Of a stretch of 64,000 nucleotides of DNA, positions 19,260-29,712 are shown in pieces; within the stretch, counting starts at the first letter, position 1, and every line of letters starts with the position of its first letter. The position numbers and the translations under genes were made by a program. This stretch comes from a virus. The stretch lies in IMG/VR virus record IMGVR_UViG_3300013111_000141, positions 1-64,000 of that record. One strand, 5' to 3'. The notes below the pieces were generated by a model. That model saw only the letters and a list, made by a program, of their open reading frames with translations. It had not been told where the DNA came from and ran no database searches.

Positions 19260-19700
19260 CATAAAATCGGTAAGTTTTGGTTGACCAAACCATTTCATCA
19301 TCAATTGATGTTCCTCATCTGTCTGTTCTTCTAATTTAATACATGGGTGCAACATATCACCCATAATAATATTACCACCACCAATCCTTCTTTTACATAA
19401 ATCAACATTATCACGCATAATATCAACACCATAAAGAGTAGACAAAGCAACAGTCAATTCAATTCCATTCTCTAATTTCTTTATTAAAACTTCCCCTAAA
19501 AATTGTCCATCACCACACGCAGGATCAATGAAGGTTTTCGTGGAATCAACAAACAATTCTTCTGGTAAAGAATCTAACATTTTCTGTACTAATTCAGTTG
19601 GTGTAAAATACTCGGCAGTTGATTGTATTCTTTGTTCATCCCTTTCTATTTGACTCATGTAAGAATGATTACGGACTCTATTTTTAATTTGATCTAACAT
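19254..19700 (-). CDS. N6-adenine methyltransferase, SAM-binding half (motifs X, I-III)
   Basis: EYFTP..LV, IDPACGDGQFL, LYGVDI, GDML; no NPPY motif. Confidence 0.75.
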   Translation of the reverse strand: MLDQIKNRVRNHSYMSQIERDEQRIQSTAEYFTPTELVQKMLDSLPEELFVDSTKTFIDPACGDGQFLGEVLIKKLENGIELTVALSTLYGVDIMRDNVDLCKRRIGGGNIIMGDMLHPCIKLEEQTDEEHQLMMKWFGQPKLTDFMK

Positions 19701-20619
19701 AATTCCTTTCTTCGACTTTTAATCCAAAGTGATCATACATCTCTTCATCTGACATTTTTTTATCTAAAGGGATGTCTGGCAAAGAACCAAATACTTTTTC
19801 ATTACCAAAACCACACCATTTAGCAGTTTTAAAAATATACTTAAATAGTTTAAGATTAAGATTATGCGCTAAATTTTTCCCTTTATCCTCAGTGTCTACT
19901 TCTATATAATATCCCATATCGGTTATACCCAATTCCCCATCATCATAAAATGGTTTCGTGTAACCGCTCCTAGACCACATAACTTTTTTACTGTCAGCAA
20001 AAGTCTGTCTTTTAGAAGAATACCAAATTTGTTTATTAGTATGTAATACTGGATAAATGTGTTTACACGTTTTAATCTTACTCAAACTAGAGTTAAGATT
20101 CTTTTCGCGGCGTGTCTTTTTGTTCTTTAATTTTATTACATTCCATAACAAAATATTATGACAGGTTACATAATCTTTTTCCACCTTTAATTTATTTTTG
20201 GTGTTAAAAATTACTTTCTGATGAATAGAATAAGATTTCTCACAAAAATCATTTGGTAAATAAAAAACAGTATCATCTAACTTTATATTAAAATCTCCAT
20301 CATCGGTGTAGATTTTTGACATATCACCATCATCGGTAGTATTCCAAATATTATAATTCGCAAAGGAAGATCCTACTGTCGGAAAATATTTTCCCGTGTC
20401 CAAATGTAATTCTGTGAGTTTCTTATCCTTAAATAATTGTAATATTTTACTACTAGGACTCTGAAAGCTAGAAGGAGAAACCTGACACAATACACCATCT
20501 TCTTTGAGTAAAGAATCAAAGCTCAATCGTGTAAAGTCAATCCATAATTTATGTTGAGTTTTACCCCGATCTGTAGTATCTTGGAATGGTGGATTTGCAA
20601 CAACAACATCAAATTTCAT
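19684..20619 (-). CDS. N6-adenine methyltransferase, catalytic + target-recognition half (Eco57I-like)
   Basis: Starts at KFDVVVANPPF (motif IV); LW..F, L...G.L..VSP. Confidence 0.75.
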   Translation of the reverse strand: MKFDVVVANPPFQDTTDRGKTQHKLWIDFTRLSFDSLLKEDGVLCQVSPSSFQSPSSKILQLFKDKKLTELHLDTGKYFPTVGSSFANYNIWNTTDDGDMSKIYTDDGDFNIKLDDTVFYLPNDFCEKSYSIHQKVIFNTKNKLKVEKDYVTCHNILLWNVIKLKNKKTRREKNLNSSLSKIKTCKHIYPVLHTNKQIWYSSKRQTFADSKKVMWSRSGYTKPFYDDGELGITDMGYYIEVDTEDKGKNLAHNLNLKLFKYIFKTAKWCGFGNEKVFGSLPDIPLDKKMSDEEMYDHFGLKVEERNYVRSN

Positions 20620-21773
20620 TCAAATAAACCAGATTTTCCAAAATCTACATATGTATTTACAGAAGTAGAAATCTCTTTGGATTTTTTAGGTCTAAGTTCT
20701 CCCCACTCCAACTCAAGTCCTTCTTTTTCGTGATACCGTTTTCCATCATAAACATCTTTTGTATTATCTCCTTTATACCAACAACCATTACTGTTAAGAG
20801 TAAATGGAATATCAATTTCTAAAATAATTTCATCACCAGATTTAAACTCAAATCTGATATTTTTTGCATGACGAAAATAATTTAACTCACAAATAGGAAT
20901 TGTTGACAACATTGTTTTAAATCGTTTATTAACTAGAGTGTTGAGATATTGATTTCCATTATTTCCACCAAAAGCAAGAAGTTCTTCTACACCATCAATA
21001 CCAGACATTTTCACAACACGATTGTAGATTAAATTATCGGGAACATGATTTTTTAAGAAGTTATAAGCTATATCTGCACCTTTGTTACCTATTTCATAAC
21101 AAGAAGATTCCCACCTAGTTTTATCAAAAAACTTATGAGTAGTGGAATTAACAAATTCTTCTTTCATAGTATCTTGTAGTTTCTTTAAATCTCGAAGAGC
21201 CTCAACCGCGGACATTCCATTTTTTTTCTCAACAATCTTATCTCTTTTATTGCCAGAACCACGAAATCTAGTACCATCATCAGGATTTATAAACATTCCA
21301 ACTCCATCAGACTTAAAAAGAAAATTCATGATAAATGAATTATAAGTTCCACTACACACTTGAGGTCTTTTCATACTACCTTCATAGTTTTTCAGAGAAA
21401 AGGAAATTACTTTCTCTTTATTATCAGTAGTAACAACAATAATAAAATCTCCCTTCATATTTAAATCACGATATTCTTTCTCAACATCAAAGACATTAAA
21501 GGTAGAATTTGGAAAAGTATCAATCAATTCAGATACAAATGTCGGTGCCCACTTTACACAATTTTTATAATAATTAGTTTTAGATAACCCCCTAATACCT
21601 TTAAGTTTTGGGTGATTATCTAAATGATCTAATAAATCTTTTTTTATAGACTCTGATGTGTTTTCAGTAGCAACCCCATTTTTCTCAATTTCATCTTCAA
21701 TAATCCAAACCATCACTTTTTCACACGCATCTGATCTTAAATGTGCAACTGTGTTTGTCATAATATTCACCAT
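20616..21773 (-). CDS. Putative PD-(D/E)XK restriction endonuclease
   Basis: KGDF...SFSLKNY; translationally coupled to the MTase halves. Confidence 0.5.
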   Translation of the reverse strand: MVNIMTNTVAHLRSDACEKVMVWIIEDEIEKNGVATENTSESIKKDLLDHLDNHPKLKGIRGLSKTNYYKNCVKWAPTFVSELIDTFPNSTFNVFDVEKEYRDLNMKGDFIIVVTTDNKEKVISFSLKNYEGSMKRPQVCSGTYNSFIMNFLFKSDGVGMFINPDDGTRFRGSGNKRDKIVEKKNGMSAVEALRDLKKLQDTMKEEFVNSTTHKFFDKTRWESSCYEIGNKGADIAYNFLKNHVPDNLIYNRVVKMSGIDGVEELLAFGGNNGNQYLNTLVNKRFKTMLSTIPICELNYFRHAKNIRFEFKSGDEIILEIDIPFTLNSNGCWYKGDNTKDVYDGKRYHEKEGLELEWGELRPKKSKEISTSVNTYVDFGKSGLFE

Positions 21774-21794
21774 TCATAATTAACTTATACCCCA

Positions 21795-21833
21795 ATTATC
21801 TCATACTTTCATCTAATTGTCAATCTTTATTTT
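21795..21833 (-). promoter_or_regulatory. Early sigma70 promoter of the nuclease/MTase operon
   Basis: TTGACA-17-GATAAT with AAGTATGA. Confidence 0.75.
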
Positions 21834-22704
21834 ATAAAAATTCATCCAGTGTTGATACGTTACTCTTATAATTCGTCAATAATAATTCTTTCCTTTCCTT
21901 TTGATCCTCCCCATATTTCTTAGTACTTACCATAGTGTATGTAAGATCCCATTCCGTCTGATTCCATGTACTAAACCATTCACGGAGAGTTGGGTTAGAA
22001 TTATATGTAATCATACATTTATTGCCAGACTTTGATACCTTTTCATAGAATTCTCTGTGATCAAATCCTTTGTGCATATCTCCATCCTTTCCATATAAAG
22101 CATCCTTGATATCATATGGTGGATCTAGAAATAGAAATACATTTGGATCATCATCAATCAATTCAGAATAATCTAGGTTCGTGATTTTCCAGTTCTTGAT
22201 AATCTTTCCATAAGTCATCAGAGATTCTATTACCCTAAAGTTGAAACAATCTCTCATTGCCCATGTGGACATAGTACCCCTTTCAGTTAAACCAGAGAAA
22301 GACATTCTATTCATTGCATACCACCTCCACCCAACCTCAAATGGGTCTGTCTGATCTCCTATCTCTGCTCTGATTTCCTGGAAAAATCCACGACTCTTAT
22401 CCACATCATCGCCTACTGATTCCTTCTTTTTCTTTAAAATATTGACTAATTGTTCGGTATCGCTCTGCAATGTAATCCAGAAATAATATAGATTCTGGTA
22501 CTTATCATTTATATGAATGGGAATATTTGGGAATAAACGTGCAAATGCCAAGGCAGGAGAACCCCCACCACCGAAAGCATCTCGATACTGGGTAATTTCC
22601 TGTATGTTAGATGGAAGTTTGGTATCATGAAACAGATACTTCATTGCCTTTGATTTACCACCTGGATACCTGAGTGGTGTTTTATAGTTGTTTAATGATC
22701 TCAC
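21832..22704 (-). CDS. dam: D12-class DNA adenine methyltransferase (Dam family)
   Basis: LRYPGGKS, DAFGGGGS, IND, FLDPPY, ELL.TNY. Confidence 0.88.
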   Translation of the reverse strand: MRSLNNYKTPLRYPGGKSKAMKYLFHDTKLPSNIQEITQYRDAFGGGGSPALAFARLFPNIPIHINDKYQNLYYFWITLQSDTEQLVNILKKKKESVGDDVDKSRGFFQEIRAEIGDQTDPFEVGWRWYAMNRMSFSGLTERGTMSTWAMRDCFNFRVIESLMTYGKIIKNWKITNLDYSELIDDDPNVFLFLDPPYDIKDALYGKDGDMHKGFDHREFYEKVSKSGNKCMITYNSNPTLREWFSTWNQTEWDLTYTMVSTKKYGEDQKERKELLLTNYKSNVSTLDEFL

Positions 22705-22893
22705 TATTTCAACACCGTCACATTTCCCTCAATAACCTTTACTGTGTTTTCTTGTCTCCACGTATATCTGTCATCAAATTTATGTCCACATTTTTTATAA
22801 TCATCCCACTTCATACATAAAATATCCTCTGTCAATTTCCCACCACCTTCACCTTCAATTATCGGTTGTATCATCATTCCCATATTTCACCCG

Positions 22894-23100
22894 TCATACT
22901 TCGATACTATTCTTCGTAACCAAAGGAAGAATAATATCCTTATTATCAAAAATATGAATCTTCTCCAATAATCTAGAAGTCCATACTACCAAAATTATTA
23001 ATGATAAAAATAAAGATATAATAATAACTAATTTATAATCAGCCCAACCAATATCAGAATCAATATAGTGTATTCGATTATTTTTCGTCCGTGTAATCAT
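22894..23100 (-). CDS. Small membrane protein
   Basis: AGGAG SD; single TM. Confidence 0.5.
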   Translation of the reverse strand: MITRTKNNRIHYIDSDIGWADYKLVIIISLFLSLIILVVWTSRLLEKIHIFDNKDIILPLVTKNSIEV

Positions 23101-23130
23101 AAATACTCCTTTTTTATAAAGTTGTATTAC

Positions 23131-23169
23131 TATTTATACTATAATAACACATTGTCACGGAATTGTCAA
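23131..23169 (-). promoter_or_regulatory. Tandem sigma70 promoter plus late TATAAATA
   Basis: TTGACA-17-TATTAT followed by TATAAATA. Confidence 0.65.
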
Positions 23170-23173
23170 GCCT

Positions 23174-23695
23174 TTATTTAAGTTTTACACCCTTTGATGG
23201 GTGTATATCCTCTGTCTCTTTTACATGAGTTAATGATTCAATCGTAACTTCTCCTGGATATGGCCAAGTTTGTCTTGGTGGCAATTTCCCCACCTGACTC
23301 CCATTATCATACCACCGTTTACCATATGCCATTTGATTAACAGGATCTACCGTATCAAGAAAAGTAACTACTGTGGGGAAATACCCACTTTCAGTTAACT
23401 GTAAATGATATTCCCAAGTAACCGTACCATATGCAACTATTATAACTTTATCACCAACATCACATAACTTTGCTGCGGCACCATTCACTGAAATAGTAAA
23501 AGATCTTTCGTCGGGGATTGCATATGTTGTAAATCTCTCACCATTATTAATATTATATATTTCTATCTGTTGATAAGGTAATATATTAGCCTTCTCTAAT
23601 ATATCATTAGAAATTCCACAAGAACCCTCATAATCAATATCACATTCAGTAACTGTTGCAGCGTGTATTTTTGATTTTAATATCTGTATTTCCAT
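23174..23695 (-). CDS. panD: Aspartate 1-decarboxylase with C-terminal extension
   Basis: KSKIH, YEG|SC autocleavage site, NGERFTTYAI, NGAAA. Confidence 0.93.
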   Translation of the reverse strand: MEIQILKSKIHAATVTECDIDYEGSCGISNDILEKANILPYQQIEIYNINNGERFTTYAIPDERSFTISVNGAAAKLCDVGDKVIIVAYGTVTWEYHLQLTESGYFPTVVTFLDTVDPVNQMAYGKRWYDNGSQVGKLPPRQTWPYPGEVTIESLTHVKETEDIHPSKGVKLK

Positions 23696-23696
23696 G

Positions 23697-25055
23697 TCAC
23701 TCCCCTATAGGTATAAGTTCTGCTGTAAAATGTCTCAAATATGGTGGTTCTTTAATTATTCTCAATCCAACCAATTTGTCTTTATTATTGTTTATATTAT
23801 CTAAAATTTCTACAACATAATCAATATGACTTTGGGTATATACCCTACGTGGTATTGTCAAACGTAATAACTCCATATCAGCACACTTATCTTTACCACC
23901 AAACATAAGACTTCCAATCTCTACACCACGAATACCACCTTCCAAATATAAAGCACAAGCCAATACTTGTGCTGGAAATTGACTTACCGGTATATGAGAT
24001 AACATAGATTTAGCATCAATATATACTGCGTGTCCTCCAATTGGTTTAACAACAGGAATACCTAAATCTGACAGAGCATCACCTAAATATTTAACAGATT
24101 GAATCCTATATTGTAAATAATCTTCTTGTACAACTTCCTTTAACCCCTGAGATATAGCTGCCAAATCTCTACCAGATAAACCACCATAAGTAGGATATCC
24201 TTCAGTTAAAATACCAAGATTTCTAACAGGAGTAGATAATTCATCATTATTAAATGCCAAAAACCCACCCATATTTACCATTCCATCTTTCTTAGCACTC
24301 ATAGTACAACCATCAACATAAGAAAACATTTCTTGGGAAATCTCCTTTACAGTTTTATCAGAGTATCCATCCTCACGCATTTTTATAAAATATGCATTTT
24401 CAGCAAATCTACACGCATCAAGAAAAAACGGTACATTATAATGTGTACAAAGTTTCTTAATACCCCTAATGTTTTCCATTGAAACTGGTTGTCCACCACC
24501 AGAATTATTAGTAACAGTAACCATACATAATGGTATATCTCTAGAATTAGCCTCTAATAAATCCTCTAATTTGTTTAAATCCATATTACCTTTAAATGGA
24601 TGAAGATTAGACGGGTCTTTACCTTCTGATATCACTAAATCTAATGCTAATGTGTCATTATATTCTATATTAGCACGTGTCGTATCAAAATGTGTGTTAT
24701 TTGGTATTATTTTACCACTTTCACATAAAACTGAAAATAATATTCTTTCTGCTGCCCTACCTTGATGTGTTGGAAATATATATTTAAATCCAGTTAAATC
24801 CTTTATAGTCTTTTCCATATCATAATATGAAGAACACCCAGCATAAGATTCATCACCTTCAATCATTGCACCCCATTGATGGTCGGACATCGCACCAGTT
24901 CCAGAATCAGTTAATAAATCTATTAAAACATTTTCACCCTTTATTAAAAATAAATTATAATTAGCAGATTTTAAATGTAATTCCCTTTCCTCTCTAGATA
25001 TCATTTTAATAGATTCAACCATTTTAATTTTAAATGGTTCAAATATAGTTTTCAT
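23697..25055 (-). CDS. tnaA: Tryptophanase (beta-eliminating lyase)
   Basis: DLLTDSGT, HQGRAAE, HFDTT, SAKKD (PLP Lys), LRHFT (His as in TnaA rather than Tpl). Confidence 0.85.
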   Translation of the reverse strand: MKTIFEPFKIKMVESIKMISREERELHLKSANYNLFLIKGENVLIDLLTDSGTGAMSDHQWGAMIEGDESYAGCSSYYDMEKTIKDLTGFKYIFPTHQGRAAERILFSVLCESGKIIPNNTHFDTTRANIEYNDTLALDLVISEGKDPSNLHPFKGNMDLNKLEDLLEANSRDIPLCMVTVTNNSGGGQPVSMENIRGIKKLCTHYNVPFFLDACRFAENAYFIKMREDGYSDKTVKEISQEMFSYVDGCTMSAKKDGMVNMGGFLAFNNDELSTPVRNLGILTEGYPTYGGLSGRDLAAISQGLKEVVQEDYLQYRIQSVKYLGDALSDLGIPVVKPIGGHAVYIDAKSMLSHIPVSQFPAQVLACALYLEGGIRGVEIGSLMFGGKDKCADMELLRLTIPRRVYTQSHIDYVVEILDNINNNKDKLVGLRIIKEPPYLRHFTAELIPIGE

Positions 25056-25486
25056 AATGATTTACTAACAAACGATTCCATACACGTTAATACACTCTCA
25101 CTAAAATTCTTATGAGCATTACTTAACCCCCTTTGACCAAATTCACGCTTTAATCTATACCACATATCTTTAGGAGTAAGTTCTGCCATAGTATGAAGTT
25201 CTTTATTAAACGTAGAAGAATAATTCTCTGTAACTGTCTTAAATTTAACTAAATCTGAATATAATCCATAATCTTTGTCACGTCTTGGATCAAACGTAAC
25301 ATATCCAGACATATTCTTACCAGATAAATCAACCACACACTTACTAAATGACCTCGGATCGATTGAATAATCTATAAGGTCTTGCTCATTCTCAAATAAT
25401 TTATATACGGCATCTTCATACTTATCTTTGTTTTCTGAACACCCAACCAAAAATAATACCATAAATACTAACACAACTTTCTTCAT
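25052..25486 (-). CDS. Lipoprotein
   Basis: Signal peptide with LVGC lipobox. Confidence 0.6.
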   Translation of the reverse strand: MKKVVLVFMVLFLVGCSENKDKYEDAVYKLFENEQDLIDYSIDPRSFSKCVVDLSGKNMSGYVTFDPRRDKDYGLYSDLVKFKTVTENYSSTFNKELHTMAELTPKDMWYRLKREFGQRGLSNAHKNFSESVLTCMESFVSKSL

Positions 25487-25851
25487 ATCACACTCCCATT
25501 TTTATCAATCATAAAATCATAATATAATACATATTCAAACGAATAAGCATAATCCTCATCTAATTCTCTATAGTTTATATGCTGATATACATGAACCATC
25601 TCATGCATAACCGTACTAATTATCGTACCCCTATCCATATCGCAGTCAATGTATATATCATATAATGTTCGACAATCTGGATCACATATAACATACCCAC
25701 GTAATTGTCCTTCAGGTTCCCCACTTAAATCATCAACATAAAATTTAATTTCAATATCATCTGGTATATCTAACCGATCACACACCCAACCAATGACTGC
25801 CTTAAATACAGACACATAATAATCATTAACGTCATCATCATATAGTATCAC
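25483..25851 (-). CDS. Zincin-like metallopeptidase
   Basis: HEMVH..Q....E..AY. Confidence 0.65.
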   Translation of the reverse strand: MILYDDDVNDYYVSVFKAVIGWVCDRLDIPDDIEIKFYVDDLSGEPEGQLRGYVICDPDCRTLYDIYIDCDMDRGTIISTVMHEMVHVYQHINYRELDEDYAYSFEYVLYYDFMIDKNGSVI

Positions 25852-26195
25852 AACACAAAACTTTCACCACACCCACAAGAACTTTTATCTGGAATAGTTA
25901 CTTTAAACGCAGGACTAAAAGGTCCACCAGTATAATCTATTATAGCATCTTCTACATAATCCATAGTAAAACTATCTATAACAAACATATTAAAACATTC
26001 TTCTTGTTCTGCACTCACACCACCCATAGTACCAGTCGGGCAATCTCTCCAAATTATAACATCTTCTTCATTATTAACTTCATCAATAATATCCCATTTT
26101 CCAATTAACCCAGAACAACCACCAGAATTCAAGGAATATCTAATAATACCCCCTATCTCCTTAAATTGTTCTTTTGCAGAATCAGTTACATTCAA
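25848..26195 (-). CDS. HesB/IscA Fe-S cluster assembly protein
   Basis: GGCSG ... CGCGESF. Confidence 0.85.
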   Translation of the reverse strand: MNVTDSAKEQFKEIGGIIRYSLNSGGCSGLIGKWDIIDEVNNEEDVIIWRDCPTGTMGGVSAEQEECFNMFVIDSFTMDYVEDAIIDYTGGPFSPAFKVTIPDKSSCGCGESFVL

Positions 26196-27358
26196 CGTAA
26201 ATCCACACCAATTGCTTCAGATATATTATTATAACCATCACGTTTAAGTAATTCTACAAGTCCTATATTAATTTCAGCTGAAATTTGAGGTCCGTGGAAT
26301 ATCATACCAGTAATTAAATGTATTAATGTCGCACCATTTCTTATCTTAAAATATGCATCTTCAGCAGTATCACACCCACCAATACCTATAACTATAAATT
26401 TATATCCATTATCTTTAACATGTTGAGCGCATACCTTAATTATATGATTAGTCATAGGTCTTAATACATGTCCACTCATACCACCCCTATCATATGGCAT
26501 AACTCGTTTTTCCAATTTACCCTTATGAAAGACATGTGTAGTCCTATCATCTTCTGGCACCAACTTCCTATTAACTGTAAGATTGCATGTCAAAATACCA
26601 TCAATACCATATGTATGCATAACATCTATCATCTCACAAATTTCTTCATCAGTATGATCTGGACCAATTTTACAATATACAGGATATTCATTCAATCCCA
26701 TCAATTCTCTTATACTCTTAACCTTTATTAATAATTCTGATAAATTTCCCATATCAAAAAATGGATTAGATACTCCCAGATTAGGACAACTAAGATTTAT
26801 AGTAGTATAATCCGCATATGGTGATAATCGTTTAAACGTTGTTAACAAATCATCAATAACATCATCCTTATCAGCCACACCGTTGGTAGCAGATGCTGAT
26901 ACACCACACACACCATCAACCCCTCTCCAGTTTGGAGCAACACACTCTTGCACAAATTCAGAACCAGAATTATTCAAACCATACCAAACATTAATAGATT
27001 GTGACTTAACAGCTCTCCATAATCTAACTGGTGGATTTCCCATATGCGGTTCTTTTGAGAATGACCCAAGTTCAATACCAGAAAATCCCAATTCACGGAT
27101 AACTGAAGGCAACGCACCATACTTATCAAATCCAGCAGAAATCAACAATGGATTACTATAATGAACACCATTTACACTTTGAGATAACATACTATTATCA
27201 TATCTATATAAATATCTCAATAACCTAATACCATAGGGTATCCTCTGTATCATCACTACGATTTCTTTAACTACATCGTGTGCCGTTTCAGGACACAATT
27301 TAAATAATATAGGTCGTAATAACCCCTTATATACAATCCGTTGTATTTTATACTTCAT
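26192..27358 (-). CDS. pyrD: Quinone-dependent dihydroorotate dehydrogenase (class 2)
   Basis: PETAH, AGFDK, GLNN.G, NLSCPN, KIGPD, GGMSG, IGIGG. Confidence 0.92.
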   Translation of the reverse strand: MKYKIQRIVYKGLLRPILFKLCPETAHDVVKEIVVMIQRIPYGIRLLRYLYRYDNSMLSQSVNGVHYSNPLLISAGFDKYGALPSVIRELGFSGIELGSFSKEPHMGNPPVRLWRAVKSQSINVWYGLNNSGSEFVQECVAPNWRGVDGVCGVSASATNGVADKDDVIDDLLTTFKRLSPYADYTTINLSCPNLGVSNPFFDMGNLSELLIKVKSIRELMGLNEYPVYCKIGPDHTDEEICEMIDVMHTYGIDGILTCNLTVNRKLVPEDDRTTHVFHKGKLEKRVMPYDRGGMSGHVLRPMTNHIIKVCAQHVKDNGYKFIVIGIGGCDTAEDAYFKIRNGATLIHLITGMIFHGPQISAEINIGLVELLKRDGYNNISEAIGVDLR

Positions 27359-27367
27359 AATATTCCT

Positions 27368-27691
27368 TTATAAATTATTTCCTGGATTATGCTCTGACGG
27401 CAATTCTTCATATTTCTCTTCTGGCATATGATTTCCACCACATCCACCCTCTATATGGTGGTTAGCACCACAACCATATTCAATTAATTTTTGTGTTGAT
27501 GTATTCTTAATAACGGTCTTGAGTTTTGTTTCAATAGCAAACATATCTATTTCAGTTTGTTTTACGTTATTTGTAACATCAACTCCACGTTGAATATACT
27601 CTCCAACTAAAGAATTCCAATTGATATCATATGCACCATATACACCAACTAACGTACCTACGGTTAATAATACCTTATTTCGTTTTTTCAT
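27368..27691 (-). CDS. Hypothetical membrane-anchored protein
   Basis: N-terminal hydrophobic segment; duplicated GCG.NH motif. Confidence 0.5.
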   Translation of the reverse strand: MKKRNKVLLTVGTLVGVYGAYDINWNSLVGEYIQRGVDVTNNVKQTEIDMFAIETKLKTVIKNTSTQKLIEYGCGANHHIEGGCGGNHMPEEKYEELPSEHNPGNNL

Positions 27692-27693
27692 AA

Positions 27694-27942
27694 CTAACCT
27701 CTTTTTAAATTATCAATATGATAAACCCCATTAGTTTTCTCAAATTCAATCAACACATTATTTTCATCAAGTATTCGTTTAATAACACCACTACTTCCAT
27801 TATTACTATCCCATTCCTTAAATGCCGAACACGACATACCAGCTTTAACTGCATGTGTATTAAAAAAATCAGACTCAAGTTTATCCTGAATCAATTGCAA
27901 TTCTTCTTCACTTGGTTCTCTATCTTTACCAAATTTAAACAT
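27694..27942 (-). CDS. Hypothetical protein
   Basis: AAGGA SD; co-oriented. Confidence 0.5.
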   Translation of the reverse strand: MFKFGKDREPSEEELQLIQDKLESDFFNTHAVKAGMSCSAFKEWDSNNGSSGVIKRILDENNVLIEFEKTNGVYHIDNLKRG

Positions 27943-27951
27943 AATTATTCC

Positions 27952-28437
27952 TTAACATCTATTATTATATCTATAAATACCATCATCAATCACTTTCTTA
28001 GCCTCTAAATTGTCACCCCACCCATTAACTTTAGACCACTTATTCTCATCTAAATCCTTATAATGTTCAAAGAAATGATATATACTCTCCAACTGTTCAA
28101 TCGGTACATCTATAATATCATACCAATCAGAATATACCTCATCATCAGGCACTGACAATATTTTAGGATCATCACCCGACTCATCCACCATATGTAAAAC
28201 CCCAATAACATTACATAATACTTTACAGTTAGGTATTAACGGATATGGTGTTATTACTAACACGTCAACAGCATCATTATCTCCACCTATTGTGTTTGGC
28301 AAACAACCATAATTACAAGGGTAATGCATTGATGTATGTAAAAATCTATCAAATCTAAGCACACCCGTTTTATGATCAACTTCATATTTAATATGTGAAG
28401 TTCCCATAGACATTTCAACCAATACATCAATATTCAT
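27952..28437 (-). CDS. ppa: Family I inorganic pyrophosphatase
   Basis: KYEVD, YPCNYG, DNDAVDV, DESGDDPK, FFEHYKDL. Confidence 0.93.
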   Translation of the reverse strand: MNIDVLVEMSMGTSHIKYEVDHKTGVLRFDRFLHTSMHYPCNYGCLPNTIGGDNDAVDVLVITPYPLIPNCKVLCNVIGVLHMVDESGDDPKILSVPDDEVYSDWYDIIDVPIEQLESIYHFFEHYKDLDENKWSKVNGWGDNLEAKKVIDDGIYRYNNRC

Positions 28438-28606
28438 TTTTTTGTATATTCATTTAAGTCCTTTTCATTAATAATACCCATTTTATACAATTCATGTAAT
28501 GTAACATTTACAGCAAAATGCCAACCGTGTATAAATCCTGATCTGAATGAAACCCCAGCACATATTCCTAATAAAAATATCCATATTACATCTTCCATAT
28601 CTATAT

Positions 28607-29248
28607 TTAGGAGTCATGATATATTATAAGAATGTTATGTAACCACTCAACCTCGTAGTATTCTGCAAATTCGTGTATTCCAGAAGATAAAAAATATAAA
28701 GCAAATATAGGAAATACATATGATGAAGCTTTAAATATATATTTAGTATTAAAATTATTAATACGTGTCCCAATATACACTAACATACTAATACCAATCA
28801 AAAATCCAAATAACATACCAAGAACATCAGATAATACTGATGTATATAATGAGAAATAAAATAACACAACTTCTACACCTTCTCTCAATATAGTGAAAAA
28901 TGATACTAACACAAATGCCATGGAATTATTATATTGCAAATGTTCATTAATATGTTTATTTGCATTAACACACCAAACAGAAATATATAATAACATCAAT
29001 CCAGTTATAACCTGCACATAACCTTCAAATAACTCTAAATCAGAATGTTCAAATATGTCAACAAATAAATAAGCAACTAAGATTGATGACAGTATACCTA
29101 ACAACGAACCCAAATATACATATCTCTTATGTCCAGATTCCGTCAACTTTAATATTATTATCAAAAGTAATAATATCTCTATACCTTCTCTAACAATAAT
29201 AAATAAAGAACTACTTAATGACGGTAAAAAATAATTCCCAATTTCCAT
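28607..29248 (-). CDS. FTR1/EfeU-family iron permease
   Basis: Two REGxE motifs (REGIE, REGVE); about 6 TM helices. Confidence 0.85.
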   Translation of the reverse strand: MEIGNYFLPSLSSSLFIIVREGIEILLLLIIILKLTESGHKRYVYLGSLLGILSSILVAYLFVDIFEHSDLELFEGYVQVITGLMLLYISVWCVNANKHINEHLQYNNSMAFVLVSFFTILREGVEVVLFYFSLYTSVLSDVLGMLFGFLIGISMLVYIGTRINNFNTKYIFKASSYVFPIFALYFLSSGIHEFAEYYEVEWLHNILIIYHDS

Positions 29249-29257
29249 GATATATTC

Positions 29258-29548
29258 CTAATGCGGTTCATTCCCCAATGCCAATATTATATAATGAACA
29301 GCCTTAAACAAATCATCTCTATTATAACCATTCTTCTTACCATACCTCATTAAATATTTCAATGAGTTATCAATACACGTGTTAGTCATAGTTCCCCTAG
29401 CACGATATATATCAAGTACTTGTATATTATTATGGTCATTAGTATAATGCAACGCATAAGTAGACTCAATATAATCTTTTATCTCTGATAAAACTCTAGT
29501 CTCATCAAATGATTCATATGGCAACTCCATTGTTTCACTTTCTCTCAT
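29258..29548 (-). CDS. DUF3310/gp1.7-like (putative nucleotide kinase) protein
   Basis: TY..HY...QVLD...N.LKY..RYGKK.G....DL.KA.HY; start uncertain. Confidence 0.7.
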   Translation of the reverse strand: MRESETMELPYESFDETRVLSEIKDYIESTYALHYTNDHNNIQVLDIYRARGTMTNTCIDNSLKYLMRYGKKNGYNRDDLFKAVHYIILALGNEPH

Positions 29549-29685
29549 GGCAATGCCCCATTTAATACCCATTTAGAAGTAGGATGTCGTTTCTTTGTAT
29601 ATGACCCATGTCCACTTTGTTTACCAAATGATTTCCCACGTGCATTCTTTTGATCACTTCTAAATGGTTTAGCTCTTTTACTCAT
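29545..29685 (-). CDS. 46-aa basic peptide, weakly ArfA-like (not in the ORF track)
   Basis: MSKRAKPFRSDQKNARGKSFGKQSGHGSYTKKRHPTSKWVLNGALP; AAGGAG SD. Confidence 0.5.
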   Translation of the reverse strand: MSKRAKPFRSDQKNARGKSFGKQSGHGSYTKKRHPTSKWVLNGALP

Positions 29686-29712
29686 AAAACACTCCTTTTA
29701 ATATTTAACACC

